Shown here: in pieces, positions 25,601-39,413 of the stretch
Layout: each line of letters starts with the position of its first letter
Numbering within the stretch: position 1 is the stretch's first letter
Source of the DNA: Bispira polyomma
Taxonomy: Eukaryota
Assembly (NCBI GenBank): GCA_965649765.1
Contig: OZ287748.1
Coordinates: 59,148,001 to 59,212,000 of the forward strand
Reading direction: 5' to 3'
DNA: 64,000 nt
Program-made: the position numbers and the translations under genes
Notes under the pieces: model-generated
Seen by the model: the letters and a program-made list of their open reading frames with translations, nothing else
Told to the model about the DNA's origin: nothing
Databases searched by the model: none

Positions 25601-28600
25601 TTGATAGTAAAATCAACGTCTTCAAACATTAAGTCACTTCTTTGTCGTACAGAACAAACGTCATCTGTATTAAGCCATTGTGTTATGTTAGTGGTACAGT
25701 AATTGACATGATGTTTTAGCTGCACTTCCAGAATACTTATCAGCTTGACGTCCGAGTGGTATCTACACAGTGGCCTGTCATCTGATAGATATGATTCAGA
25801 CAGCAACCGTGTTGAAATAGCTGCAAAGGTGAGACAAAGAAGAAATAATATAATACCCTAAATATAGTATCACGGACACCTGCGTTGAAGAGGTAAGGAG
25901 AAAATGGGAGAAATTCCTAACACCCCTATATAGTTTGTGTTAAAGTAAATAATTTTACAGAGGATAATCTCTTATAAGAAAACATTTTGCTCAAACAAAG
26001 AAAGGTTGAGAACAGACAACAAAGACAAAAAAAAAAGTTTTTATTTTATATCTAATACACCTTTATATTCAGACAACCAAAAATGAAAAAAATAGAGGCT
26101 TTGAGGCCAATGTGTAAGCTAAATAAAACCAATACTAACAGTTTTCACTAGTATCACTGCACGCTGCCTTTTCATCTGTGCTACAATTCCCTTCAAAGAA
26201 AATGCTATCACCAGGACAGTCCATCTCTGAGAATTGTGGACTACAATTGACATATTTGTCACAGGACTTACAAGACAGGTAGAGTCCATCATCTAACTTG
26301 TTGCAGGAGAATATACAGTGTCCTGAGAAACCAAATAACAGATTGTAAACTAACTGGTATATCTATATTATCTGTTAATATACCCAAACAATGTAAGTAA
26401 GTATAAAACCTTTATGACACAACATCAATATGCCTTAATGTTTGTATATCAGGTGCATTAAATTATTTTATACGTGCATCAGTAAATCAGTGCAACAAAA
26501 TGCCAATTAAAACATTAATTAGACTATGGTTCTCATTTTAATTTATCTTTAATTATTTATATTAATAGCATAGTTTGTGTAATAATTTGTAGTTGGTACA
26601 TTTGTCATGTTCTCTATCTTTAAAAGTTGATTTGTTTTCAGAAAGAAATTTTCATTTAATAGCACAATATGTACAATAATAATTGAGCATCTTGAAAGTA
26701 ACAATATTTTCCTTATTCAGAAGTCTGCCACTCTTCTGCCATTGTATATTACAGTGTATATTTATGTAAGCAGGGGACAGTGCTCACATGATGTCTTATC
26801 CAGGGCTTAAACTTAAATCTAAGACTTGTGTCTTTTCTTTCGGTAAAAAAAAGCCACAAATTTGGTCTTAGTCATAGTGATATTTCCAAAAGCAGCTGAG
26901 CCTAAGTTTTAGCTTAGCCAGAGGTTTAACTTAAAGACAGGTTGGTAGTGGGCTTAACTTTACTGTAAAAATAAGAATAACAATTTCAGTTGTGCAGTGT
27001 ATAAAAAAAGTTAAACATAAAAATATAATTTTATGATGTAAAATATCAAACAATCAAATTAAAACTATCTTAAATCAAACCACTGGATTACAACTGTCTT
27101 AAAACTTAAAATATTATAAAATGTACTGCTTTGTGTTTGAAATTAGGCATTTTGTATGTTCAATTGTTAAATTCTTAAAGTTTGTAATAAACCAAAACTT
27201 AAAAAAATTATTTTGTCTGTTTCAAATTTATTGGGATTTTGTAACTTGTGATTTTGTTCAACAGTGCTATTCCAATCATATTTTGGAAAAAGTTAGTAAG
27301 AACAGATAGTACCAGATTTATGCTGACCATTTCTTTATACAAAGGGTTTATCTTCGTAAGCCACAATTTCAACTATGATAATTTTTTTTTAATGTTTTCA
27401 TTCACATAAACATATATTGAGGACATTTTACATAAGACATGGACAATTACATAATACAATTTCACATCATTAGAATGCACAAAAACAAAAATTGCAGTGT
27501 ACTTCATATTGCATGTTTCTTTATCATTCTTTTGACCACTTCAGTTACTCGCATTAACAAGAATCACAGAGACAAAATGTTCATATTTTTTAGTTCAAAT
27601 TCACCATTTAATAATTAGTGGAGTATAGATCATAACAATAATAAATATCACCCAGGCATGCTTGTCTTATTACACATCTTACGTTAAAGTATTTAGTGAA
27701 ATAGCAATTATTAAAAACACTTGATGAATGTCATTGTATAGTATTCTTATCCAATTGATGAAATTGTTTCCAAAAAATTGTAAGATTCTAAACATTTTAA
27801 TAGGGGGAAAAAACATTCTACACTGTCAAAAGCTTTCTTAAAGTCTACTGAGACCAGATAACTCGGTAAATATTTCTGATCAACATGTATCAAAATGTCT
27901 TTAATAACTCTAACATTTTGTCCCATATATCTGTCTTTATTGTATCCTACTTGGTCATCATTGATTAATTTTGATAGTACCTGTTGAAGTCTATTGGATA
28001 AAGCTTTAGTCCTTATTCTGTATTTAGTGTTCATCAAGCTCACTGGCTTCCAGTTGCGAAAAAGGCGCAGATCTTTACTTTCATTTGGGATCATATTACT
28101 TATACTTCTCCTTTGATCGGGCGACAAGGTACCATTTTAAAAGTATAGTTAAAGCTTTCAAAAAGTATGTCTGGCCAAAAGAATTAGTAAAAGTTGGCCG
28201 GAAAACCGTCACCTGCCGGTATTTTATCATTTTTTAATTGCATTAAAGCTTTAGAAATCTCTCCCAATTTGAGATTTTCATCACATATTTCTTTTTCTAA
28301 ATTACTTAATTTTGAACCTGTTAGACCACTCAAAGGTTTGGTGTTCGAATACTGAACATCGGTGATTTTTGAGGAATATAGATCTTTGTAAAACATTTGC
28401 TGTCCTGCAAGGATATCGCTTGGATCTGTTAGCCTATTGACCATTATTTCTGATTAGTTTCTTGATATATTTAGTGTTGCAATTAATTTTTTTCTAAATT
28501 AATAAAATACTTCGTATTTTGTTCTCCTTGTTCTGCCCACTCTGCCTTAGTATAATTAATTCTGTTTTGGCATTTTCCAAATCTTCCCAATGTTTTTTTT

Positions 28601-31600
28601 TTTTTTTTATAATATTCTGTCATGTAGGTTGAATTCTCGATTATTTTTTGCTCTTTCTCTTTTTTCTCTTGACTTTGTCTTCGAATATAAAATAGTTGTT
28701 GTTCGTACCTGACATTTAACAAAATCCCAAAGTGTATTATTATTTTCTATCATGACGTCTGTTTTGATTGCTTCTATTTAGGTCTTAATCATAGCTATGT
28801 AGCTCTTATCATGAAGCAGTTTATCGTTGAATTTCCAATAGCCAGGACCCTTTTTCTGAGTATTCAGTATCTCAATATTTATTATTATATGCTGTGATCT
28901 GACCCATTCCCCAGTTTAATGCAACAATTTATGACTTGATAAGAACTGGACCAACCAAAAATCCAACCTTGACTGTACTAACCCTCCCTTAGTCCTTTCA
29001 CATCTTGTATATTTGTAATCTTTTGGATTTCTTAGCCTCTATATGTCTACTTACGTATGTTCTTCCATTAAGCTTTCTAAGTGTTTTGTGTATCGAGAAT
29101 GTAATGCTTCTGTTGAATTAAATAACTCATCTTTATTTATATTTTGGAAGTCATTCTTTATCATTTTTAAGGATAGATGGTATTTTTAGGTATACTGACA
29201 CATGATCATTGTTTTTCTGTTAATCACAAAACATAAGTGAGCCATATTTTACAACTCTATGTTAACATTCAAATGTTAACCACCTAAATATATATATATA
29301 TACCATGCTTAATATGTTTATGACATTATCCAACTATGTTTAAGACATTTCTAACTTTTATTGTACTATTGACCAGTAAAAAATATATAAACAAAATCCT
29401 GTTAGCTTCAATAGTACCACCTAAGTGTATCATGTCTTTCAATATTAATTTGTAAAATGCTAACTGTTTACACATACTTATTGGTTATTGTTTATGAAGT
29501 TCGCCAACTACATTTTATGGTACAATTGTTAACTTGTCAAAGGCCATATCAACAAAAGAATGTTATATTTAATTATACAATAGGAGTGTGTCATAGTATG
29601 ATGAATACTTATAATTTTAAATCATTATATTTCTGAACATTATAATTATAACAAAGAAAGTGCACACAGAAGAGTTTACTCTCTATTGGTCCAATATTGA
29701 TACTGTGGTCACACTGGCCTTACGTTTCGATTACGCACAAAAAAAGGCTAACGTAAGCTAAACGTAAGTAAAAGGTAGTAAACGTAAGTAAATGTAAGCA
29801 AAACTGGAATAAGATGGTACCCTAAGTTTAGTTATCTCCTTTTTATTAAAAAAACGTCTTAATTTTCAGACTGCTCGAATTTTTTTTTACGTTTTTAGCC
29901 GTTTGCTGAACATTTTTTCTGGAAACGGGTGGTGCGCTCGCGGCAAACGGTAGGCACGTATTCAATGCGTATTTGAAGTAAAGGACGGGAATAAAACAAA
30001 CTATACCTAAAAATAATATTAAAAGCGAGGAGAATGAAAACGAAACGGGTTTACAACTGTTAAAAATGAGGAAAACGAGTTTAAAAATGTGGCTAACGTA
30101 TTTCTAAAATGTGGCTAACGAGGCTAACATATTATTAAAACGTGGCTAACAAGTTAAACATAATTGAAACGGCTATTAAAACTTATTAAATGTGTGCACA
30201 AACGTGTACAGATGCATACTAAACGTGCACAAACGGCCCATACAATTAATTCTGGCCACTTTTTCCCATTTTCCCACATTTTTTTATTTTGTTTTCTCCC
30301 GTTTACGAAAAAACAGTAACGCGAACGTACTCAGTGTGACCACGACATAAGACCCAGAGTTGCAGTGTCCATTGACTATAAGTTAAGATATGAACCAAGC
30401 AATGCTAAAGCCAGAGTTGCAGTGTCCATTGTGTATAAGTTAAGGTATGAACCAAAAAAAAAGATGTTTGATGGCAAATATCATTGAGAAAGCAAACTGC
30501 ACTACAAGTGCCTTTGCTCTCATTAGCAAGTCACAAGTATCTGATATTATTTTAAAGTGCAAATTGCATCAATTGCCTATGCTTGTAGGTCGGATATAGT
30601 GTTGCTTAGTTGTCCCACTACACTATAAGTGCCTTGGCTTTAAGCATTAATTAATAGTTTCATTATGTAGTATATTTACTAAGTTTATGAATGTGTGAAA
30701 GACTTAGGATAAAGACCACATGTATATTGTTTGGGCCATTTATTCACTACCATTTATCACATTTACAATAATTACTTTTAGTACTGTTAGTCTGGTTAAA
30801 ATACTTTTATATACATGTGTGTATACACACACCTACTTATATGGTTATTTTAGCACAAGTATGGGCTGATCCCATCACATACTTATAATACTTAAAATAC
30901 TAAAACATTAACTAAAATTATACAAATTGTTTACTTAAAGTATAAATCACAGACTTAAACATGATTACATAACAGAATATATATTAGGTCCCCCTATACA
31001 TTATGTTTATATACTCGACTAATTATTATAAGTGAGATGTACACAAGAACCCAGATAAGGACACATACCATGTATCCCTATTATATCTTTTGTATTTAGA
31101 GTGAAAGGGTATTTTTTACCATGTTGTCAATTCAGGTTGGAACTGGATTGAAATGGATTTCCACTAGTATATACACCCTTTTAGCAGACAAGTACCTTGT
31201 TTCAGTCTTAATGACAGGATTTTTAAAATATTTTGTAGATGGGAGGTATCTGATAGGGCAGGAGTAATGGTAACCTTTTTGACTGTCCCTGATAGTTCCT
31301 GTACTTTTCATCTGTATTCTAAAACTCCCATCATCCTCAAAATTTACTAGCATTGCTGTCATAATTTCATTGGCCCTTTGTGATCTGATGTTTAGGTGTC
31401 ACCACCTAATTGGCCACCTTCCCATCTGCAGATTTTAACTCACTCTGATTCTATTTATAGACACTAATAACCCGACCTCTGTGCACCAGCTAATATGATT
31501 ACATAGATAAAGGCCCTCGTACTGCATTAAGTTTGCATAAGGTAGTGCCACGAGGTGTTTATCTATTATAAAACCCAACCCAACTAACACAAATTTTTGA

Positions 31601-32314
31601 ATGAAAATTGAAATTAAATTAAGAATGCTTGTTCAAATTCTTACTTTATTAAATGGTAGAAAAAACGCTACCACTACATTATTTTCTAATGCTACATTAT
31701 GAGAAAATAATGTAGTGACACTTCAATGGCAATGCATACAGTTTGGGTTAATCAAATATCTGACCACAACTTGGTCTAACATATGAATTACCATAGTGTG
31801 TCTAATCCCTACCCACACTTTACATTCAAGATATTCATCACCTAATCACATGTAGTAGTATCATTAGTATTATAAAGGCCTAAAGGCCCTCAAACAACAT
31901 TAAGCTTCCATAATGTAAGTGCCACGAGGTGTTTAGCTATTATAAAACCCAACCCAACTAAGAGAAAATTTTGGAATAAAAATTGAAATATTTACTTTAT
32001 TAAAAGGTTATTTAAAAGGTAGAGAAACGCTACCACTACATTATTTTTCAATGCTACATTATAAGAAAATAATGTTGTGAAAGTTGGCAATGCATACCGC
32101 TTTGTATTAACATGTTTACACACGACTGAAACCTATTGCTAAAAATAAGTCCCTGTTAGACCTTACACAGAAGAATGAGACTACAATGATGAGTCAATTT
32201 GACATATAGTATTTATGTAAATTTAACACTACCTGTTGATAGAGGGATTGTCAGGTAAATGAACAAAACAGCCACAGTGTAGAAATAATAAATAACTCTC
32301 ATCAAGAAAGTCAT
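21903..32314 (-). CDS. Gene B: type I membrane receptor paralog (806 aa)
   Basis: Exons 32314-32233, 26322-26140, 25820-24792, 24336-24067, 23268-23187, 22677-21903. Total 2421 nt = 807 codons, phases 1,1,1,1,2. Confidence 0.85.
23187..23268 (-). CDS. Gene B exon 5, TM helix VVATAVVTTVVAILVVIAIITGVCLY-KR
   Basis: 82 nt, phase 1-2. Confidence 0.85.
24067..24336 (-). CDS. Gene B exon 4, Ser/Thr stalk
   Basis: 270 nt, phase 1-1; TSPxTDMPPxSST repeated twice. Confidence 0.8.
24792..25820 (-). CDS. Gene B exon 3, conserved ectodomain with acidic insertion
   Basis: 1029 nt, phase 1-1; homologous to exon 3 of A. Confidence 0.85.
26140..26322 (-). CDS. Gene B exon 2, ChtBD2-like domain
   Basis: HCIFSCNKLDDGLYLSCKSCDKYVNC...MDCPGDSIFFEGNC...AC; 183 nt, phase 1-1; not in the supplied ORF track. 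Confidence 0.8.
27600..29110 (-). mobile_element. Decayed L1/Tx1-clade LINE (endonuclease + RT fragments) in intron 1 of gene B
   Basis: SDHS and GPGYWKFN (~28830-28900), EQGEQNTKYFINLEK, GDGFPANFY, NWKPVSLMN, DFKKAFDSVE, in broken frames. Confidence 0.8.
29703..30346. mobile_element. Non-autonomous DNA transposon (PIF/Harbinger-like termini), AAACG-rich interior
   Basis: gtggtcacactg..tacgtt.cg versus cgcgaacgtactcagtgtgaccac. Confidence 0.65.
32233..32314 (-). CDS. Gene B exon 1, signal peptide MTFLMRVIYYFYTVAVLFIYLTIPLST
   Basis: ATG, hydrophobic core, donor G|GTAGTG (phase 1); separated from exon 2 by a 5.9 kb TE-filled intron. Confidence 0.65.
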
Positions 32315-32541
32315 ATTGAAGTAGTATGATCCTTTGAAATTCATTTTCTATTTGTTGTTACAATATATTCCATACCATAATGAAAATAAAACTTTCATAC
32401 ATTGAGGTTTATCTGTTTTATTTTTGTAGACAATTGATTTTCTTTGTCTCTGTTATTCACCTTCCAACTGAATCTGATATTGTATGAACGAAATTTAATG
32501 CAGTCGTTTTCTTAGCCATTGTAGACACAGCCAGGTATAAC

Positions 32542-32745
32542 TATACGGAAGCCTATATAGGTCATACTTTATAATTTAAAAAATACATTATCTTGTAATT
32601 ACAAGATACAATTATCTTGTAATAAACAAAAAACAGCTATCCTAAGTGCACTTAATATATATCTTGTAATTACAAGAAATCCCTATCTTGTAATTACTAG
32701 ATAATTTAGTTTATTTAATGTATGAGCTTTATAGGCTTCCGTATA
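32542..32745. mobile_element. MITE ~230 bp upstream of the gene B start codon
   Basis: tatacggaagcctata...tataggcttccgtata with internal atcttgtaattacaagat palindromes. Confidence 0.7.
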
Positions 32746-32899
32746 AATACAAATATAAAGTAATATCAAATAGTATACTTCAATCTACCTTAGGGGAAGT
32801 GACTATGATCATGGATTAATGTTTCTAAAAGAAGAACAGGGTATTTTCCAAGAGTCTACTTATTTGTACAAAATGTGAAGCCAAATTACCATTTTAACC

Positions 32900-33672
32900 A
32901 TAAACACACAAAAAGGACTTTTCAATGGGAGCGGGAAGTTATAATAAGTGTCAAATGTATTACACATAGACGTCTTAAATAGGGTATGCTATGAGCTCTG
33001 TCAATCAAATAGAACAAGCCCATACAATTATGAAACAAGTAATTTCATGATGAAGTTAATACTAAAAGGAACTCTACGATTATTTAATATATCAAACAGA
33101 ACGCACTCAAGATACTTATATCTTATATGTCAAGACCTTCCTATTCATATACAAATGTATAAAATATTTAATAAGTTTGTTTATGGTGTGAGCTGTAGTG
33201 AGAACAAATGTGTACGCCTGGCATTAAAGCAAGTACTAGAAGGCACTGTTTCAAAAATATTTAAAAATATCAATTATATACCCTGTAAGTTAAAGCTCAG
33301 TAGAGAAAATGATATGTAAATGTCCATCATAACTAAATATACCAGTACATGAATACGTACAAGTATGTGGGTATAATACTGCTGAAGATAATATATTTTT
33401 TGGTAATATTAAAGACCTGTTAAACCTACATGATATAAACTACACCAGAATTTTCACAATTGGGATAAATGAGCTGTTATCATACCTCTGTATTCACTGA
33501 CGCTGTAAATAAGATTCTTCTATGTGTTTTTGTTTTGTTGTTCTTAATGTGGTAAATATCAAATTTAATTACATGTTCAGATTGTATTAATTACATGTTC
33601 AGTTACATTTAATTACATGTTCAGATTGTACAATTATCATTGTACTCTGTGTACGAATAAAATAAATAATAA
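32900..33672 (+). mobile_element. 3' fragment of a non-LTR retrotransposon
   Basis: LRLFNISNRTHSRYLYLIC..LPI...KF...SENKCVR resembles a LINE ORF2 C-terminus; ends in aataaa(ata)n. Confidence 0.5.
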
Positions 33673-36600
33673 TAGACCGCCACCTACACATAATAAATCA
33701 GGCGTATTAAAGCACCCACTTTGTTCTTAATATGTGAGCAGGGCACAATCTGAAAAAGAAACGATTATACACAGGTTATGTTTTAAGGCTGTCCCTCAGG
33801 CCTGTTTTTTTTTTGCCTACAAAATACTGAAAAAGTTGGGCTTTATTTATCAATAGTTAAATTGAAATACCCTAATCAGCAACCACAAGATGTTAAACGG
33901 TCAAGTTTATGTAAAGTTGTTTCTTAGTAATTCTTGTAAAGCATTATATATTCCATCCAAATGTAGTTATCAGTGATCGATGTTCGATGGTCTGCCATAA
34001 CTCTTTGCTGGTCTCACCAATAACCTACAAGCGGTGGCTGGCACGAGCACAATCTTTGATTACTTTTGAGGAATCAATCCTCAATCATCTTGCCAATTCG
34101 ATAAAACTTTGCATAAAGATGTACCACCAATCTTGCGATTAGCCACAGATTGATCACAAGAAAAATGGACACCCTGCCTAAAAAACAGAATCGTAGGCAA
34201 TTCTTGGTCGTCAGAGCCTCTCAGAGTTCATGGAGGTCGAGCACAGCTCGGATGTGGCCACAAAAAAAAAAGGGCATTATACATTACCGACAAGACAATA
34301 CCACAAAACAAATTAGAAATAAGATAACATATAAAGAGTATATAGACTGCTCCCTACACTACATGACATGGAAATTGACCTTGGAGAATTCTAAAAAAAA
34401 ACACAAAAAAAACAAAAAAAAAACGTCAAGACAAAAACCTCAGTTTTGTTGATGTATATATTTGATATGGATTATGTAGTGTTGTGCTATGTGTTTGATG
34501 TGAATAGTACTGCCGTGCTGTTCCAAATTTGTTTATAGTGTCTAATCTTAGAATCCGACCACTATGACATCATCATAATCTTACCATTACATAACAGCCA
34601 AAGTATGTCAAAGGAAAAATCAATTCCTGGAATTCCTGAGCACATTTGTGGAATCTGCTGATGTGAATAGCACGGCAACATGGGGCCCTGCTGTATCAGT
34701 TCACTATAATCACACATACCGCCTTAAACTTTTAGGTACCTTTGGTTTTATTCTTCTGTCTATCACTCGACCCCTATCGTGACCAATGCTACCCCTAGCT
34801 AGCTATTGTTAAGAATCCTCCATATTGATTTTCGGTACTGAAGGTGACACACCTATATGCTTCAACCCACCCCTTCCCCTTAACAACCACCGGTATTACT
34901 GAGTTAGATGATATTTTAAGGCTTAATTTCCTGAACCAGATAGCTTCTTCAGTTGCTCCAGTAGTCTAACCACCAGATGGAGGATTTGAACCTGGGGCCG
35001 TGTCGAGGCGGATCCTCCCTTCATTATTCTTCCTTCTGAGTTCACTGATACAGGGTTCCAGAGTAGAAAGAGGGCTCTGTGAAGTGGGATTCGACCTTGG
35101 CTAGGCGACTAGGTGCCGCAGGCCCTGGGCTCTCAATTTCGACCGATTGGGGTTACACTGCTTAATAAAATGCAAAATATGAACGTGTTGTTAACATATA
35201 GTTAAAATGATATGGTTAACTAGAAACAGAGTGGTATTTCTAACACTGGTCCTGAAGGACCAATTCAGCTGCATTGCTGTATTGTCAACAGATGGTTAAC
35301 AATATTAGTATGTTATCATTTGCCATAATGTGGGCTGGTTGACAATTAGATTTGTTCTATTGTGGCTAGCTCAGAACAAGTATTAACTCACTACCATGAA
35401 ATATTCAGGGAGAAAATGTGCTACATGCTGGGATAATGTATACCAGCATAATGTTTAACTAGTACAGAATAGCCTATATATAATGTGTATGTTGTGATTA
35501 TTTTTATATATTTTTATCTGTGCTTATTATTACGTATTAATATTTTATGTATTCCCTATTGGGTTCTTTAAAATCCCTTTTAAAATTTTAAATCCTACCT
35601 CTGTTAAATTTTTATACCTGTATATAGCATTACTAACTTGTATGTATATTAAAATTCTCAAACCATCTTTTACTGTGTTCAACGAATACACCTTAGCTTC
35701 TGCCAAACTCACTTTGGTTTAACTCCCACTAACTCCAAGGTCATACACTCTGACCCCACAAGGTCATTTATTGCTAGCCATATTTGCAAACTCTTTATAC
35801 TATTGGGAACTGTGTGTAAAAAGACCAAAAACAGTACATATTATCAAAGTGACCATAAAATAGTCCACAAAACAACTTCAAGTAGAACTTTTGACTTGCA
35901 TATGCAAACTTTGCTTACGCTTACATCAAAATCTTTACCAAGCCAGAAATAGAAATTCACAAAAAAGCTAAGCAAACAAATATTACTTTAGTTTTTACTA
36001 AAGTAAGTCTTGGAGGATATTTAAATAAACAAGAACAGACTTTAAAAAGGCATCGCGGAGCTAGGTGAAGGCCTCTTTATGGAAGTCTTTTTATAGCTGT
36101 TATAATTATTATCTTTAATCAATTTTATTCTGTAAAAAATGCCACAAAATAGAGTAATCTGAACCAGAACTTTTATACCACCAGAACTTTTATACCACTT
36201 AAAACTCTTAAAGACAATAATTTTTTATTAATGTCTCATACTTACAAATTTGATTTTCTTAATTTTCTGTAATAAACCTGCATTTCAAAATGTCATATTG
36301 CAGTCACTATTGAATACTTTTTCATTAAAAAAACTAACTTTTAAACTAGAATAATAACATATATATATGATTTATCTCTAGGTTATATAGTTTTTGAGAT
36401 ATGAATGTAAAATCAATTGCCTTCCTCACAATATTGAGAATTATTTACATTTTCTATCGGAGCTGATAAACCAGGGTACTGGTTCAATTTCGATTCAAGG
36501 AATTTTTTTCCCTATTTCCCGCTTCTGCTGGACATTGACAGAGGCTTGACGAGACCTGACCACCTGGTTTCATAAAAAAAGATGCTTGTACCATAAACCC

Positions 36601-37210
36601 CTGTGCCAGAGACAAAGACGTCACTACAGACACAGAGGTAAAGTACTCTATATTGTTAGGATGGACCGATATCTTCACTCCATTGGAATCTGACACCACA
36701 CGAGGCAGTGGAGTCGAAATATTTGACTTGTCAGCTATCCACTGTTGGTAGTAATAGTCATTTGGTCTGAAGTAAGGTTTCAGGATTTGCATACAAGGTC
36801 CAGCACACAGTGAGTTGATCCATTTGATATCTGGCACATTTGATATGCTACACACAATGGTAGATTATGGTAAAACGATTATTTGAGACGAACAGTTATA
36901 TGGAGTTTTCTCCAAAAAATATTTCAGAACAGCTCTACAGTATTAAAGCTTACGTTGCAGAGTATTCTTCAGTAAATGTCTGTGTAAATTCAGGGTATTA
37001 TTCAAAGAAAACAATTACCAAACAACAGGACAAGGCCATTAATGACACAAATAAGCACGGTGTGTGCAATATCATAAATGTTTCATATGGATATGTCAGA
37101 TCTTAAACTTGTCAAAATGATGTATTACTGATTATATACACTGTTTTCTACCATTTCAATGTTACTCCATCTTGTTGTATCCATGTTAATCTGACTATTA
37201 TTTATAGTCT

Positions 37211-37736
37211 CTACGATATACTCTTAGAATCTGGCAACTGTAGCTTTTGATTTGCATTAGGGCCGGGATGAAGATCAGATTTATTCTTGAGAACTAAGTA
37301 CACATTGTCTGACTTGATACCATCGGTACCCTCATCTGTTACAGTCCCTTGTTCTTTTGTCAAGGTAGATGCTTCATGCACATCATTGTCCATTAAATCA
37401 GCTGGATTTTCTTCCATATTCCAACCATCACTACTGTAAATATCATTTACAATCAATCCATCTTCATCTATTATCATGGTATTCTGAACTGTTCCATTGT
37501 TTGAGGGTGGTGTGCTATAGACACCAGCTTTGTTTGGTTTGGCATATTCAGTACTACCAGATGAAAATGCACTTGATAGTGCTGCACTTTTTGGTAATGA
37601 TGCATTTAATTTGTGATGTGATTCAACATCTGCTACAATTACACTGGCTGAGGAAATAGAGATGTTACAACTAATATCTTCACAGTTGTATACTGAGTTG
37701 GCAATAGATTTATCAGTGTCAATGTGTTGTTTCTTC
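37211..37736 (-). CDS. Gene C cytoplasmic tail exon
   Basis: NSVY, EYAKPNKAGVYSTP, VNDIY; conserved end EMVENSVYNQ* lies in another frame (stop at 37125). Confidence 0.75.
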
Positions 37737-38141
37737 CTACAAAATTCAATCAGTAACTTGTACAGCATAAAAAGCAAACTATACTATGAGTAGTATATTA
37801 GTGTGAAAAAATTATCATCAACGGTATTTTTATTCTTTATTGCTCGTGTAAACATTGATAATGAGAATATTTAATGATAAGCTTTGTATTCAGGATAACC
37901 TTGTTAAGTTTAAAGACTATTGTAACTATGTATAACAAATATGGTAGAATATAAAATAAATTGTTAAATTCCTCCCCCAAAAACCCCAAAATAAACCTAA
38001 AACAAATTAATATTTAGATTTTTTTGTAACATTGGTTTTTTTAATTGTAAGAGTGGGGTCGGATGTCATGATAAAGTATGCAAGAAATAAAGATACCATG
38101 CTGAAATAATTTGCATTTGGTTAAAACGTAAAGTAAAATAC

Positions 38142-38223
38142 CTTCTCAGAACAACAATTGATACAATTAGAATGGCTGTTGCAATCATGATTATTACACC
38201 AACTGTAGCCCCAATGATCACAC
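38142..38223 (-). CDS. Gene C TM exon GVIIGATVGVIIMIATAILIVSIVVL-RR
   Basis: 82 nt, phase 1-2; GxxxGxxxG. Confidence 0.8.
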
Positions 38224-38723
38224 CTGCCAAAATATTGAAGGAACTGTATGTTTAGATAGGTATAAGACATATTTTCTAGATAATGTTTGGACCTATTGAG
38301 CATGAAACTAACACATAAATAGTCTTAATATGCAATAAGTACTATATGACACTACCAATTTACTATCTGACAGTTATTACTTCTACATAAAAAACATCAG
38401 TCAGCAAATTCCTGTCATCCATATCTATATGTTTTATGTCCTAATGTTATACACATGTCTAATAAATGACTATACCAGAGTGAGAAATCAAAAATTCGCC
38501 ACTCTATCTGAATTTCGCCACACCTAAAATTTTGGCCAATTCAATAAAAACTAAATGACTATAACTGGAATATATATAGGTAAATATAGCAAAATAGTCA
38601 CAGAAATCTCAATTTAGCCAATATTACCACAATTTTACCAAGAACACAACATTTTTCAGGTGCGAATTTCAGATACAGTGGCGAATTTTAGATTTCTTAC
38701 TGTGGCATGTTTAGACAGCATAC

Positions 38724-38984
38724 CATTTCCTGCTTGCCGACTGGTTTCAGCTTGTCCTCTGTCCTGATTTAGATTATGTCTCAACTCTGGCTCAGTAACT
38801 AGCACTGTGTCTGTGCTGTATGTTGTGTGTACATCAACTCTAGGATCAGTAGTGATCATGTGGCCATCTGTGGGTTCATTATTAGATGTTGTTTCCAAGG
38901 ATGCAGATGTACTGTACACTTCAGTGGATGTTTGTTGGTTCTTATGTAAACCACATGTTACTGTCATTCTACCATTACCAAGAG
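38724..38984 (-). CDS. Gene C Ser/Thr stalk exon
   Basis: 261 nt, phase 1-1. Confidence 0.75.
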
Positions 38985-39413
38985 CTGTTTAATACATAAG
39001 GTATAAACATTCATGTTTAAAAGTCATACATTACACACCTACTATTACATAGTTATTACACTATCAGCAATCATCTGAATTTACATAATTAATACACTAT
39101 CAACAATCATCTGGATTTCCTCTTGTCAGTGATGTCAAATACAGATAATATAAGCATTAATGAGTCACTGTATATCTCTCACAATTGTTCACAGACTAAA
39201 CCAGAGTCAGAAGGAAAGTATCAACATACCTAGGACAGTTAACCAAAAGCATGATTGCACGGTAACAATTTTAATCTTTTCCGGAATACTGAAATAGATG
39301 ACCTGATTCTGATATCTGGGGGAATGGAATACAAACTACTGTAATACTTATTAAATAATCATATTTGTGTGTACTCAAAATAAACTTTTTGTTAAATTGA
39401 GTAACCTAAATAC

